Positions 19,211 through 28,654 of a stretch of DNA of 64,000 nucleotides are shown here, piece after piece. The notes beneath the pieces are model-generated. The model was given only the letters and a program-made list of their open reading frames with translations. It did no database searches and was not told the DNA's origin. This DNA comes from Candidatus Latescibacterota bacterium (lineage in GTDB: Bacteria > Latescibacterota > UBA2968 > UBA8231). The translations under genes and the position numbers were made by a program. The stretch is from contig OZ242214.1 in NCBI GenBank assembly GCA_965206595.1, positions 2,112,001 through 2,176,000 on the forward strand, written 5' to 3'. Numbering within the stretch: position 1 is the stretch's first letter; every line of letters begins with the position of its first letter.

Positions 19211-19356
19211 TCTATAATTTAGCCGCGACTAAATCGCCCTTTCCGAATAATCAAATAAGAACTCAAACGGATATTAGTATACATACGATCCCCTCATATA
19301 CAATTGGGCAGGTGATTTCGAAACCTATTGTTTTTAATGAGGTTAGTAATACTTCC

Positions 19357-19742
19357 GCAACTGCCGGGAGGCGTTCGAGTTCTACCGGTCCGTATTCGGG
19401 GGTGAGTTCGCGTTCATCGACACCTTCGCGAACGGTCCTGAGGACTTCGAGGTTCCCGAGGAGGAGCTCGACAACATCATGCACGTCTCCCTTCCCATCG
19501 GAACGAGCGTGCTGATGGGAAGCGACGTCCCGTCGAGCTTCGGGCCTGCGAACATGGGCAACAATTTCTCCATCTCCTGCCAGACCCAGAGCCGTGAGGA
19601 GACCGACAAGCTGTTCGCCAGGATCTCGGAGGGCGGGGCCGTGACATGTCCGCTCGCCGACATGTTCTGGGGGGCGTACTTCGGCTCCTGCACCGACAAG
19701 TTCGGCATCAACTGGCAGTTCAACTGCGAGCACAAGGAGTAG
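19357..19742 (+). pseudogene. PhnB-like VOC protein, 5' truncated at island edge
   Basis: NCREAFEFYRSVFGGE...IMHVSL...MFWGAYFGSCTDKFGINW; upstream frame closed by stops in AT-rich DNA. Confidence 0.8.
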
Positions 19743-19778
19743 GGATTCCCCATCCGGGGCATGGGGCTGACCTGACCA

Positions 19779-19860
19779 ATGGAAGGCCTCGAGTTTCACC
19801 CGGTCGACGGCGAGCGCTGGAACGACCTGGAGCGCCTGTTCGAGGCCAGGGGCGGCAGCA
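19779..19860 (+). pseudogene. GNAT acetyltransferase N-terminal fragment
   Basis: MEGLEFHPVDGERWNDLERLFEARGG, then similarity is lost. Confidence 0.5.
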
Positions 19861-19932
19861 GGGGTCGGGGTCGTGTTTGTCGCCGCCCCATCCCATTCCT
19901 CCCTTCCATCCCCGAAACAGAAAGCCTCAACC

Positions 19933-20736
19933 ATGTCTGACGTCCCTCGCTCCATCGAGTTGGAGATCGAAGTTACCGGCAGCCCTGAAGAGGTGTGGCG
20001 CGCCATCGCCACCGGTCCGGGCATCTCCTCGTGGTACGTCCCCCACACCGTCGAGGAGCGCGAGGGAGGGGCGGCTGCCGTCTCCTTCGGCCCCTCCCCG
20101 GAGATGCGGGTCGAGGGGAGGGTCGCTGCCTGGGAGCCGCCCCGCCGGGTGCTTTTCGACGGCGGCGAGGATGTCGAGGGGCTGGCGTTCGAGTGGTCGG
20201 TCGAAGCCGGCAGCGGCAGTTGCTGCGTCGTGCGGCTCGTCAACACCGGTTTCGGCAGCGGCGGGGAGTGGGACGCCCAGTACGAGGACATGGTGAAGGG
20301 CTGGCAGCTGTTCCTGCTCAACCTCAGGCTGCACCTGGAGCACTTCCGCGGGCAGACCGCCTGGGCGGCCCTGCCCACGGCGATCTGGCCCGGACCGCGA
20401 GAAAAAGCCTGGACCACCCTCGCCGATGCGCTGGGCATCCCCGCCGCCCCCGCGGTCGGCGAGCGGATCGAGGTCAGCGGATCGGGCGCCCCTGCCCTGG
20501 CTGGCACGGTCGCCGACCGCGCCCCGTGGCGGCTCGCCCTGCTGCTCGAGGAACCGGCGCCCGGTACGGCTTTTCTGGCTGTGGAGGGCAGCGGCCAACA
20601 GGTCAGCGTTTCGATCTGGTCCTACCTGTATGGAAAGGAAGGCATCGCTGCCGCGGAACGGGACGAACCGGCCTGGAGACAGTGGCTTGCCGAACGCGGC
20701 CTGCATCCATCACCCCCGAATCCGGATTCCGCCTGA
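19933..20736 (+). CDS. SRPBCC/AHSA1 domain protein
   Basis: IELEIEVTGSPEEVWRAIATGPGISSW, WEPPRR, GWQLFL. Confidence 0.85.
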   Translation: MSDVPRSIELEIEVTGSPEEVWRAIATGPGISSWYVPHTVEEREGGAAAVSFGPSPEMRVEGRVAAWEPPRRVLFDGGEDVEGLAFEWSVEAGSGSCCVVRLVNTGFGSGGEWDAQYEDMVKGWQLFLLNLRLHLEHFRGQTAWAALPTAIWPGPREKAWTTLADALGIPAAPAVGERIEVSGSGAPALAGTVADRAPWRLALLLEEPAPGTAFLAVEGSGQQVSVSIWSYLYGKEGIAAAERDEPAWRQWLAERGLHPSPPNPDSA

Positions 20737-20851
20737 GGACGGACACTCCCGGTGGAAGTCGGCTATCGGGGAACCGCTGCCGCAAGACCGGTCTCATCCC
20801 AAGGGAGCCGAGCCGTCCCTGAATCAGTCGCCACCCGACAGGAGGGACACT

Positions 20852-21172
20852 ATGGCGAAATACCTGTTCCGCACGAAATACACGAAGGCCGGTCTCGAGG
20901 GCTTGCTCAGGGAGGGGGGCACCGGACGACGAGAGGCTTTGCGGCAGACCATCGAGGGGGCGGGCGGTGCCCTCGAGGGCTTCTACTACGCCTTCGGTGA
21001 CGACGATCTCCTTCTGATCGCCGAGCTCGCCGACGAGGCGACGGCAGCGGCCGTCTCCCTCAACATTGGGGCCGCGGGCGCCTTGGAGGTCGCCGTTACG
21101 GTCCTGATCGCGCCGGAAACTATCGACGAGGCGGTAAAGAAGGGCGTGCCCTACCGGGTTCCAGGAGCATGA
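20852..21172 (+). CDS. GYD-domain protein
   Basis: GGAGG RBS; MAKYLFRTKYT...GGALEGFYYAFGDDD. Confidence 0.85.
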   Translation: MAKYLFRTKYTKAGLEGLLREGGTGRREALRQTIEGAGGALEGFYYAFGDDDLLLIAELADEATAAAVSLNIGAAGALEVAVTVLIAPETIDEAVKKGVPYRVPGA

Positions 21173-21756
21173 ATTTCCGCGCCGGTGCCGCTTGGCGCCG
21201 GCGCATCCGGGACCACCGCAGGGACCATCCCCGCCGCTGGTCTCGCGAGAAAGCGGAAACAGCCTGCGGCGTCCTTGTGCCAGCATCGGTATCGGCGCGA
21301 CTCGGGGATTGGCCGCAGGCGCTTTCCGGGCGAAACCGCTAACGGCCAGGGGGGAACCCTCGCCGGTCTGTGAGCGTCGGACCTGCCAGAAGCGGAAGAA
21401 TTCCCCGTGTCTGCGCAGGGAGACAAGCATCTGAATCGGAACGGGCGTTCCATGCAAATTGCCACGGTCGATTCGCTCGGGGAGACCGACTGTTGGTTTC
21501 CTATCCCCCCTCAGGAGTCCACGAAGCGCATCGGTCGAATATACGGCGGCAAGGATGGGCCGAGAGCCGAAGGTCTCACCGCGGCTACTGCGAGCAAGAT
21601 TGAAGCGCCCGCCTCGCCTTCATCTGTCGGCCCTATATTTTGCATAAAACAGCATTCTTGACTTGGAGTAACTCAGTGCCATCTTCCACTGAATCGCCCG
21701 GTGATCGAGGTAGCCAACCGCCAACCATCGAACGACCTCCATTTCCTTCAGACACA

Positions 21757-22506
21757 GTGAAAAAATACCCCAAGGCACCTGTATCCGAGGTGATTTTTGG
21801 CGTGACCTTTTCGGATGCACGTCTATCCACAAGGGACCTGTTTGACGCACAGCAGTCCCTATCGGACGAATACCCGCGAGTAGAAATCCTCCCCCCTCTT
21901 GTCGACGAAACGATGTCCGGATTCCAGATAACCCAGGAACTGAACCCCGAAAGGATGGGGTCTGTTCTCATTCGTCTGCGCAGCGACCACTGGATGTGCC
22001 AAGTTCAGGCGAATAAAATCTATCTCAACTGGATTCGTCCGGACCATGAACCAGTCGGCAACTATCCGGGTTACACCGCCATATATCGCAGATTTGGGAA
22101 GGCGCTCGACGCACTGAGCCTTTCTTCCGCAGATTTCACGACGGATTCAGTCAAATACTACGACCTCAGCTATCATGATCGTCTTGAGTGGCAGGAGTAC
22201 ATCGCCAGCCTGAGTGATGTCCACAGAATCATGCGCCTCAAACCTCCGGAAATCGAAACCATAGAGGGACTCAACAATTTAATCTCACGCTATACCTACA
22301 GGTATGATCCCCTGGGCGGATACGGCATCTTTGCGGTGAACACGGCCACTGACGCCAGGGGAAAACAGGTCCTTCGGATCGAGAGCATCCTTCGCGGTAT
22401 CACCCCACGCCACTCCAGTGACACCTGGTTCACCGAGGCACACATGGTCCAGTACGATCATTTCAGCAGGATTTTCACGCCGGAGATTCTTGCGCAATGG
22501 ATCTAG
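21757..22506 (+). CDS. TIGR04255-family protein
   Basis: KYPKAPVSEVIFGVTF, QVQANKIYLNW, NYPGY, LSYHDRL, WFTEAH..FSRIFT. Confidence 0.75.
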   Translation: MKKYPKAPVSEVIFGVTFSDARLSTRDLFDAQQSLSDEYPRVEILPPLVDETMSGFQITQELNPERMGSVLIRLRSDHWMCQVQANKIYLNWIRPDHEPVGNYPGYTAIYRRFGKALDALSLSSADFTTDSVKYYDLSYHDRLEWQEYIASLSDVHRIMRLKPPEIETIEGLNNLISRYTYRYDPLGGYGIFAVNTATDARGKQVLRIESILRGITPRHSSDTWFTEAHMVQYDHFSRIFTPEILAQWI

Positions 22507-23090
22507 ACACAGTCAACGTCGGATACGTAACAGAATCGCCATCTGTATTTCACGAAGACAGGACGGGATCTTTCGATTCACTGGACCCGACTCCTGTTTC
22601 AGTTTTTGGTGCGAAGGCCGCCCCGGCTACCTCGGATATTTCCGGCCTTGGGGCTGTCTCTGACCTTGGTCGTGGCCGGTCAGCGGACTGGAAAGAAACC
22701 GGACTTCGAAATTTCGCCTCTCTCGTGTCCAACAGGTTCAGCTACCTCGGAGGATTGCAGGATCTCGAACCAGACTGGGTTTCCGGTGGGGCAGTCAAGC
22801 CATCTCCCTCTGCACTTTTCCTTTCCCAGAAATTGCTTGTCTCCATCAGCAAGAAGGTTATCAGTGAAGAAGTCAGCCTCATTCCGAGGATAGTTATGGG
22901 CCCTATCCCAAGTGGAGGAATAATCGTTGAACTCCATGCGGATGACGAAAATGCCATCAACGTGACTATCACGAACGAGGATCGCGTAGAGCTGGAAGTG
23001 CTCTACAGCGGCTGCTATTTCGACGTCAACATATCGAGAAGCGAGTTGATCGGCATGGTATCCGCTCAATATGCCTCCATCTCCCGGTAG
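22497..23090 (+). CDS. Hypothetical protein (low-complexity N-terminus + LxxLxxDW..GA..P / P..GGI domain)
   Basis: Overlaps both neighbours; LQDLEPDWVSGGAVKPS, PRIVMGPIPSGGIIVE. Confidence 0.7.
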   Translation: MDLDTVNVGYVTESPSVFHEDRTGSFDSLDPTPVSVFGAKAAPATSDISGLGAVSDLGRGRSADWKETGLRNFASLVSNRFSYLGGLQDLEPDWVSGGAVKPSPSALFLSQKLLVSISKKVISEEVSLIPRIVMGPIPSGGIIVELHADDENAINVTITNEDRVELEVLYSGCYFDVNISRSELIGMVSAQYASISR

Positions 23091-23478
23091 TGAGATCCCC
23101 AACGGAGAGGTGTTATACAGATGGTGTCGCAGCGATGCCTTTCCGAAAGACCAAGTGGAAATACCCGCCTCGCTGTTTAGTGATATCGAGCTCTCCTGTG
23201 ACTGGGCGAGGTTCCGTCCAGATCCTTCGACATCCTTCCACGTTGTAGAAGGAAAGACCCGAGTGATTGAAATCTCGGTTTGTGACCAGATCAAGAATCC
23301 TCGCAATCCCAAACGAAAAGGCGAGATAGTCCCGGCTTGGAAGCAACAAATTATGTACGATCCAATTGAGGATCCTGTTCATGGCCCAAACGATGCCCAT
23401 TCCCTGATAAAGGGACGCAAGAAAATGGCAGTCCGCGACGCTATCGTTGCGAATTCCAACTGGCGGGACATCGAATAG
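23071..23478 (+). CDS. Small putative ART/RES-fold toxin
   Basis: EVLYRW (R), ELSCDW (S), NDAHSLIKG motifs; 135 aa. Confidence 0.55.
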   Translation: MPPSPGSEIPNGEVLYRWCRSDAFPKDQVEIPASLFSDIELSCDWARFRPDPSTSFHVVEGKTRVIEISVCDQIKNPRNPKRKGEIVPAWKQQIMYDPIEDPVHGPNDAHSLIKGRKKMAVRDAIVANSNWRDIE

Positions 23479-23535
23479 GAGGCTCTGGTCCCCGACGATC
23501 CTTCCAAAGGCCGCTAATCCGGCGATCTCCCGCCC

Positions 23536-23964
23536 TCACCCCAGCTGCAGCAGCTCCAGCCAGTTGCCGTCCGGGTCCTGCAGGTAGCAGCCGAAGCGGC
23601 CGGGCGCCAGCTCGGCCGGCGGGTTCATCACCCTGGCGCCGCCCTGCTCCAGGCGCCGGAAGGTTTCCTCGATATCCTCCACCTCGAAGGCGAGGTGGGC
23701 AGCTCCCAGGACGTTGCGCTCTTCCGAGGGCCTTGCGGCCGGCGCCGGGTTCAGGTACTGGATCAGCTCGAGAATGTGTCCTCCCCCGAGGTCGAGGACG
23801 GCCGACCGCAGCTCGGTGCCCTCGTACCCGACGACCTGGTCGACGCCGGGTCCCTTGCGTCCGTACTCGCTGATCACGCTCAGTCCGACCACGTCCCTGT
23901 AGAAGGCGACCGCGGCGGCGCGGTCGCGGACGACGAATCCGGTGTGGTTCAACGCTTTTATCAT
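23536..23964 (-). CDS. VOC/glyoxalase family protein
   Basis: NHTGFVV, FYRDVVGL, LELIQY, HLAFEV, DPDGNWLEL. Confidence 0.9.
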   Translation of the reverse strand: MIKALNHTGFVVRDRAAAVAFYRDVVGLSVISEYGRKGPGVDQVVGYEGTELRSAVLDLGGGHILELIQYLNPAPAARPSEERNVLGAAHLAFEVEDIEETFRRLEQGGARVMNPPAELAPGRFGCYLQDPDGNWLELLQLG

Positions 23965-24205
23965 GTCCTGCTCCTGTCGGCAGTCAGCGCCGAGAGACGA
24001 TGCCCGGTGCTTGACTCAGCTTGAATCCCCCCCGCCCTTGTTAAGTGCTCGGGCTTGTCGAGGCATGCCCAGGCTCCGGTGCCCGTGTGAATCGGGCGAG
24101 ACCGCAATCCCTGGGGAACCCCGGCCCTGCCCCGAGTCCACCCCGGGAGCACTCCATCAAGGGCCTGTGGTCCGCATCGGCGAGCCGGCCGCCTCCGCGG
24201 CTTGA

Positions 24206-25147
24206 TCACTCCGGGAACCGGTCGATGCTGGAAAGGGCGTGCGCGAGGCGGCGGCCCAGGGCCGCGACCCTCTCCTCGTCCCACTTGTAGAATCCCCTTC
24301 CCGACTTCACCCCGAAATCTCCGCGGGCGACCATCTCCTTGAGCACCGGGAAATTCTCCGGGCTGGTGTCGAGGTCGGGGAACAGCTCGTCGATGATGTG
24401 GGAGATGGTGTCCCAGCCGGCGAAGTCGAAGACCTCGAGAGGGCCGGCGACCGCGAGCCGGCGGCCGAAACTGGTCCTGACGACGGCGTCGACGTCCTCG
24501 GGAGTGGCGATCCCCTGGTCGACGATGGCCAGGGCTTCCCTCAGCAGCGCGAACTGCATGCGGTTGCCGATGAATCCCAGCGACTCCTTCTGCAGCACGA
24601 TCGGCCGCTTGCCGGCCGCCTCCAGGAAGCCGCAGAGCACGGCGATGGTCTCGTCGCTCGTCTCCGGGCCGCGCACCACTTCCACGAGCGGCACCAGGTA
24701 GGCCGGGTTCCACCAGTTGGCGACCACCACCCGGTCCGGCCTCCCCGTCGAGGGAGCTAGCTGGCTGGTCATGAAAGAGGAGGTGTTGCTAGCCAGCACC
24801 GCATGCGGCGGGCAGTGACGGTCGAGGTCGGCGAACACCTTCTGCTTGAGCGCGAGGTCTTCGTACACCGCCTCGACCACCAGGCCGGCGTCGGCCCCGG
24901 CCTCGGGAAGCGAGGTGGTCGTGCGGATGCGCCCCGGAGCCGCGGCGGCCTCGGCCTCGTCGACAATCCCCTGCTGCCGCAGGGTATCGAGCGCCGCCCG
25001 TATGTCGGCGAGCGCCTTTTCCAGCTGTTCGCCGGTGGTGTCGTGGAGCGCCACCTCGAAGCCGGCCACGGCGAACTGCAGGGCGATGCCGTGACCCATC
25101 AGCCCGGCGCCGATGACGCTGACGTTCCCTGCTTCTTCAACTTTCAT
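24206..25147 (-). CDS. 3-hydroxyacyl-CoA dehydrogenase family
   Basis: GAGLMGHGIA, EAVYEDL, ASNTSS, PLVEVV, GFIGNRMQ, GVKSGRGFY. Confidence 0.92.
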   Translation of the reverse strand: MKVEEAGNVSVIGAGLMGHGIALQFAVAGFEVALHDTTGEQLEKALADIRAALDTLRQQGIVDEAEAAAAPGRIRTTTSLPEAGADAGLVVEAVYEDLALKQKVFADLDRHCPPHAVLASNTSSFMTSQLAPSTGRPDRVVVANWWNPAYLVPLVEVVRGPETSDETIAVLCGFLEAAGKRPIVLQKESLGFIGNRMQFALLREALAIVDQGIATPEDVDAVVRTSFGRRLAVAGPLEVFDFAGWDTISHIIDELFPDLDTSPENFPVLKEMVARGDFGVKSGRGFYKWDEERVAALGRRLAHALSSIDRFPE

Positions 25148-25316
25148 CGATTGCGTCCCTCACTTTCTCTGTTGGCAGGCCGTAGAGCGGGATGAGGATG
25201 AGTTGTCCCGGGGGGGCCCCATGCTGGCGGCGCTGCGAGGTGGGGTTGTAATTAGCGGCTCCGTGGTCGACTGAACGCGGGCATCATCTTCACCAGGAAG
25301 ATAGCGAGACGAGATC

Positions 25317-25997
25317 ATGCCGGAGGTGAAGGAGTTGAAGTTCACGGCTCACGAGCAGAAGGGAGAGGTCTCCGCCCTGTACCTGCGGCCCAGGGAAGCC
25401 GAGGCCCTGCTGGTGCTGGGCCACGGCGCCGGCACCAACATGCGCCACACCTTCATGGAGGAGCTGGCGCAGGCCCTTGCGGCTGCCGGGGTGGCGACCT
25501 TCCGCTACAACTACCCGTACTCGGAAAGAGGGGGCGGCGGCATGGATGCCGAAAGGGTGCGCCTCGCCACGGTGCGCGCCGCGGTGGCCGCGGCCGCCAG
25601 GCAGGCCCGCGGCCTGCCCCTGTTCGCCGGCGGGCACTCGATGAGCGGGCGCATGACCTCGATGGCCGCCGCGGAGGAGCCGCTCGACGGCCTGCGCGGA
25701 ATCCTCTTCTTCGCCTTCCCCCTGCACCCGGCGGGCAAGCCGGGAAGCGAACGCGCCGCCCACCTCGACATGGTGACCGTGCCGATGCTCTTCCTCTCCG
25801 GACCCAGGGACGCGCTGGCCGAGCGCACCCTGCTGGAGCCGGCGGTGAAGAAGCTCGGCGGGCGGGCGACCCTCCACCTCGTCGACACCGCCGACCACGG
25901 CTTCCGTGTGAGGAAGCGCGGCCGCTCCTCGACCGAGCCGGTGATGGAGGAACTGGCGCGGATGGCGGCCACATGGATGCAGCAGCAGAGCGCCTGA
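25317..25997 (+). CDS. Alpha/beta hydrolase (KANL3/Tex30-like)
   Basis: LGHGAG, GGHSMSGR, FPLHPAGKP, ADHGF. Confidence 0.88.
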   Translation: MPEVKELKFTAHEQKGEVSALYLRPREAEALLVLGHGAGTNMRHTFMEELAQALAAAGVATFRYNYPYSERGGGGMDAERVRLATVRAAVAAAARQARGLPLFAGGHSMSGRMTSMAAAEEPLDGLRGILFFAFPLHPAGKPGSERAAHLDMVTVPMLFLSGPRDALAERTLLEPAVKKLGGRATLHLVDTADHGFRVRKRGRSSTEPVMEELARMAATWMQQQSA

Positions 25998-26096
25998 AGC
26001 GGCTGGCGGGACCGACGTTCTACCCGCGGATCGGCAGCCCGCATATGGGTGTTCACCGCCGGTCCCCACACTTACCGAAACCGAAAGGATAACGTT

Positions 26097-27248
26097 ATGA
26101 AGACCTATCGCGTCGGCATTCTGGGTTGCCGCGGCCGGGGTACCGCGGCCGCCCGGGCCTACCACGCCCACCCCCGCACCGAAGTCGTGGCCCTGTGCGA
26201 TCTCAAGCCCGAGCTGCTCGAAACACTGGGTGAAGAGCTCGGTGTATCCGCCCGCTTCACCGATGTCGACGAGATGATCCGGCAGAGCGAGCCGGACATC
26301 GTGGCGATTCCGACCGGCACCGAGTTCCACTACGACCTCTGCCTGCGGGTGCTGAAGCACGGGGTGCACATCGAGGTGGAGAAGCCGATCTGCGTCGACC
26401 TCGAGCAGGCGGACGCGGTGTTGGAAAAGGCCGCGGCAAAGGGGGTGCGCACCGCCGTCCACCACCAGGGGCGGACCGGACCGGCCATGCAGGCGATGGC
26501 CCGGGCCCTGCGCGAGGGGCGCATCGGCACCCTCCGCCACATCGTCGCCAGCGGCAAGGGGTACTACGGCGGCTACGGGCTGATGAACATCGGCACCCAC
26601 TTGCTGAACGGAGTCCTCGAGCTGGCCGGGCCCTGCCGGCGGGTGACCGCGAGCGCCCTGACGGACGGCCGCCCGATCACCCCCGGGGACGTGGTCCCGT
26701 CCCCAAGCGGCATGGGCACGATCGCCGGAGAGCACATCACCGCGGTCCTGGAGTTCGCGGGCAACACCACGGCCTCGCTCCTGCAGCAGCGGTTCCCTTC
26801 CGTGGATTCGTCCGCCTACGGGCTCGAGGTGTACGGCACCGAGGGACGGATGTTCTGGAAGAGCACCGGGGCCTGGTGGCTGCCGGTCCCTCACTTCGTG
26901 CCCGGGCAGGACAGCCAATGGGAGCCGCTGGAGCTGGAGCATCCCGACCACTTCGATCCGGAGAAGTCGTCGGCCGAGGACTACGCCTTCACCGACGAGT
27001 ACGTGCGCGCCCTCGACGAAGGGCGGGAGCACCTGTGCAGCGGGTCCGAGGGCCGGCACGTGCTGGAGATGCTGATGGGGATCTTCGAATCGGCGGCCTA
27101 CGGAAGGCCGGTGGACCTGCCCCAGCAGGGGCGGGAGCATCCGCTGCTGCGCTGGCGCGCCGAGGCCGGGTTGGAGCCGCCGGCGGCGATGCCGCGGCCC
27201 TACTGGGATTGGCTCGAGGCGGAGGACAGGCGCCTGGGCCGAGGCTGA
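26097..27248 (+). CDS. Gfo/Idh/MocA oxidoreductase
   Basis: RVGILGC, EKP motif, GTH. Confidence 0.88.
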   Translation: MKTYRVGILGCRGRGTAAARAYHAHPRTEVVALCDLKPELLETLGEELGVSARFTDVDEMIRQSEPDIVAIPTGTEFHYDLCLRVLKHGVHIEVEKPICVDLEQADAVLEKAAAKGVRTAVHHQGRTGPAMQAMARALREGRIGTLRHIVASGKGYYGGYGLMNIGTHLLNGVLELAGPCRRVTASALTDGRPITPGDVVPSPSGMGTIAGEHITAVLEFAGNTTASLLQQRFPSVDSSAYGLEVYGTEGRMFWKSTGAWWLPVPHFVPGQDSQWEPLELEHPDHFDPEKSSAEDYAFTDEYVRALDEGREHLCSGSEGRHVLEMLMGIFESAAYGRPVDLPQQGREHPLLRWRAEAGLEPPAAMPRPYWDWLEAEDRRLGRG

Positions 27249-27397
27249 AGGAGCGGGTCCACCCTGGGCCACGTCCCGGCGGGTTTCCAGAGGGCTTCGG
27301 GCAGCAGGGGGCTCGCCGGGCAAGTTCACTCACAGGTAGCCCGGCCCCCAGGACCGTTCGCCCTGGTGCCCCGTCAGAGACAGGAACAATGCCATCT

Positions 27398-28549
27398 TCA
27401 GGCATCGGTTGGCCGCATAGAATCAAATCTGAACGTTAATTCCGCCGGTCTGGTGCCCTTCTCCATGGCGTGTCCGAGATAACGACCTGTTCTCCACTCC
27501 TCCGGGTAATCACCCACCAGGGATAAACTGTAGCAGCAGTGATGGATTCTGAGAGCCGCCAGAACTTTTTGGAAGACGGTGGTATCGTCCTTGTCTTTAA
27601 TCCCATTCACCACGAATCGGATGTTGACTCCGGGCGGAGCACCAGGTACAAACTCTTCACAATACGGGCGGTAATCCTCTTCTGCACCATGTTGTATGAA
27701 CTGCCTGGCGTCTGAAAGGCCCTCGGACAAGGCAAGGTCAGGATGTGCTGTCGCCAAGGCCAGGTAAGCCATCTTGTGTAGTGCCCGAGAGTAATGCACC
27801 GTGGCCGCTTCTTCCAAGGGTACCTTGATGGTCAGTGTGCCAGGTCCTCGTTCTAATGCAGGCATTTCCATCTTTGTATAGGGGAAATACATCTGAAACC
27901 CATCTGTCGGGTCGTTTCTCAGTATTACCTTGCCTGTACTCTCGTCCCCGAAGGTTTTTTCTTTTTTCGAGCCCATGTAGAAAGGTCGAAGGGCTCCCAG
28001 CAGGCCTAGCTTGAGTAATCGGCTCTCTGCATAAGAGCATCCGTTGTTGCAGCGCTTGCAGACTATCCCTGCCGGCAGCTTACCCCATTTGATTCCGAGG
28101 CCCTGGAGAACTACGTGCTCCTCTGCCCCATTGGACGCGGTAGTGCTTTTGCCGCAAATCAGACACTTGTCGCGGAATCTGGTCTGCAGGAAGGACTCCA
28201 GGTTCGTTACGAGATGGCGCCAGGATCCCGGGTTTAGAGCAAAATGCCTGGCAGTTCTACAGCCGCCGTCACCGATACCGAGGAAAATCTGCGTGTCGAT
28301 AGTGATAAGCGGATCACTTGCTATTTCAAAGACCGTGCTATCCTTGGGATCAAGTCCGGCAGTCTCATTCATCTGCCCAAGCAGATTATCGACTTCCTCC
28401 ATGATCGGATCCTCGATGGAAAACTCCGTGCAATCACTGCACTCCAGCACAGGTAGCTGTTTGATCACGACGATACGGTTCGGACCAAGGCGAAATGGAA
28501 GATCCGTAATAGCCGACACCAGGTGTCCTCCACAAACATGGCACTTCAC
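27398..28549 (-). CDS. YgiT-type zinc-finger antitoxin fused to an HNH-type endonuclease domain
   Basis: GTG start overlapping toxin TGA; KCHVCGG...LECSDCTE, then KCLICG..EEHVVLQGLG..VCKRCNN in one open frame. Confidence 0.7.
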   Translation of the reverse strand: MKCHVCGGHLVSAITDLPFRLGPNRIVVIKQLPVLECSDCTEFSIEDPIMEEVDNLLGQMNETAGLDPKDSTVFEIASDPLITIDTQIFLGIGDGGCRTARHFALNPGSWRHLVTNLESFLQTRFRDKCLICGKSTTASNGAEEHVVLQGLGIKWGKLPAGIVCKRCNNGCSYAESRLLKLGLLGALRPFYMGSKKEKTFGDESTGKVILRNDPTDGFQMYFPYTKMEMPALERGPGTLTIKVPLEEAATVHYSRALHKMAYLALATAHPDLALSEGLSDARQFIQHGAEEDYRPYCEEFVPGAPPGVNIRFVVNGIKDKDDTTVFQKVLAALRIHHCCYSLSLVGDYPEEWRTGRYLGHAMEKGTRPAELTFRFDSMRPTDA

Positions 28550-28654
28550 GATGATTTCCTCCGCGTCTTCAAGTCCGCAGACCACTCCAAGTTACTCGGC
28601 CGATAGGTGGTTACAATCCGAACGTTTTCATCTTCCACATCTGTTGCAAAAAGA

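Noticed and set aside
19268-19293. Possible left TIR partner of the IS1595 end at 14426, which would make 14.4-19.3 kb one transposon
   Set aside because: Only about half of the positions match and no TSD was found
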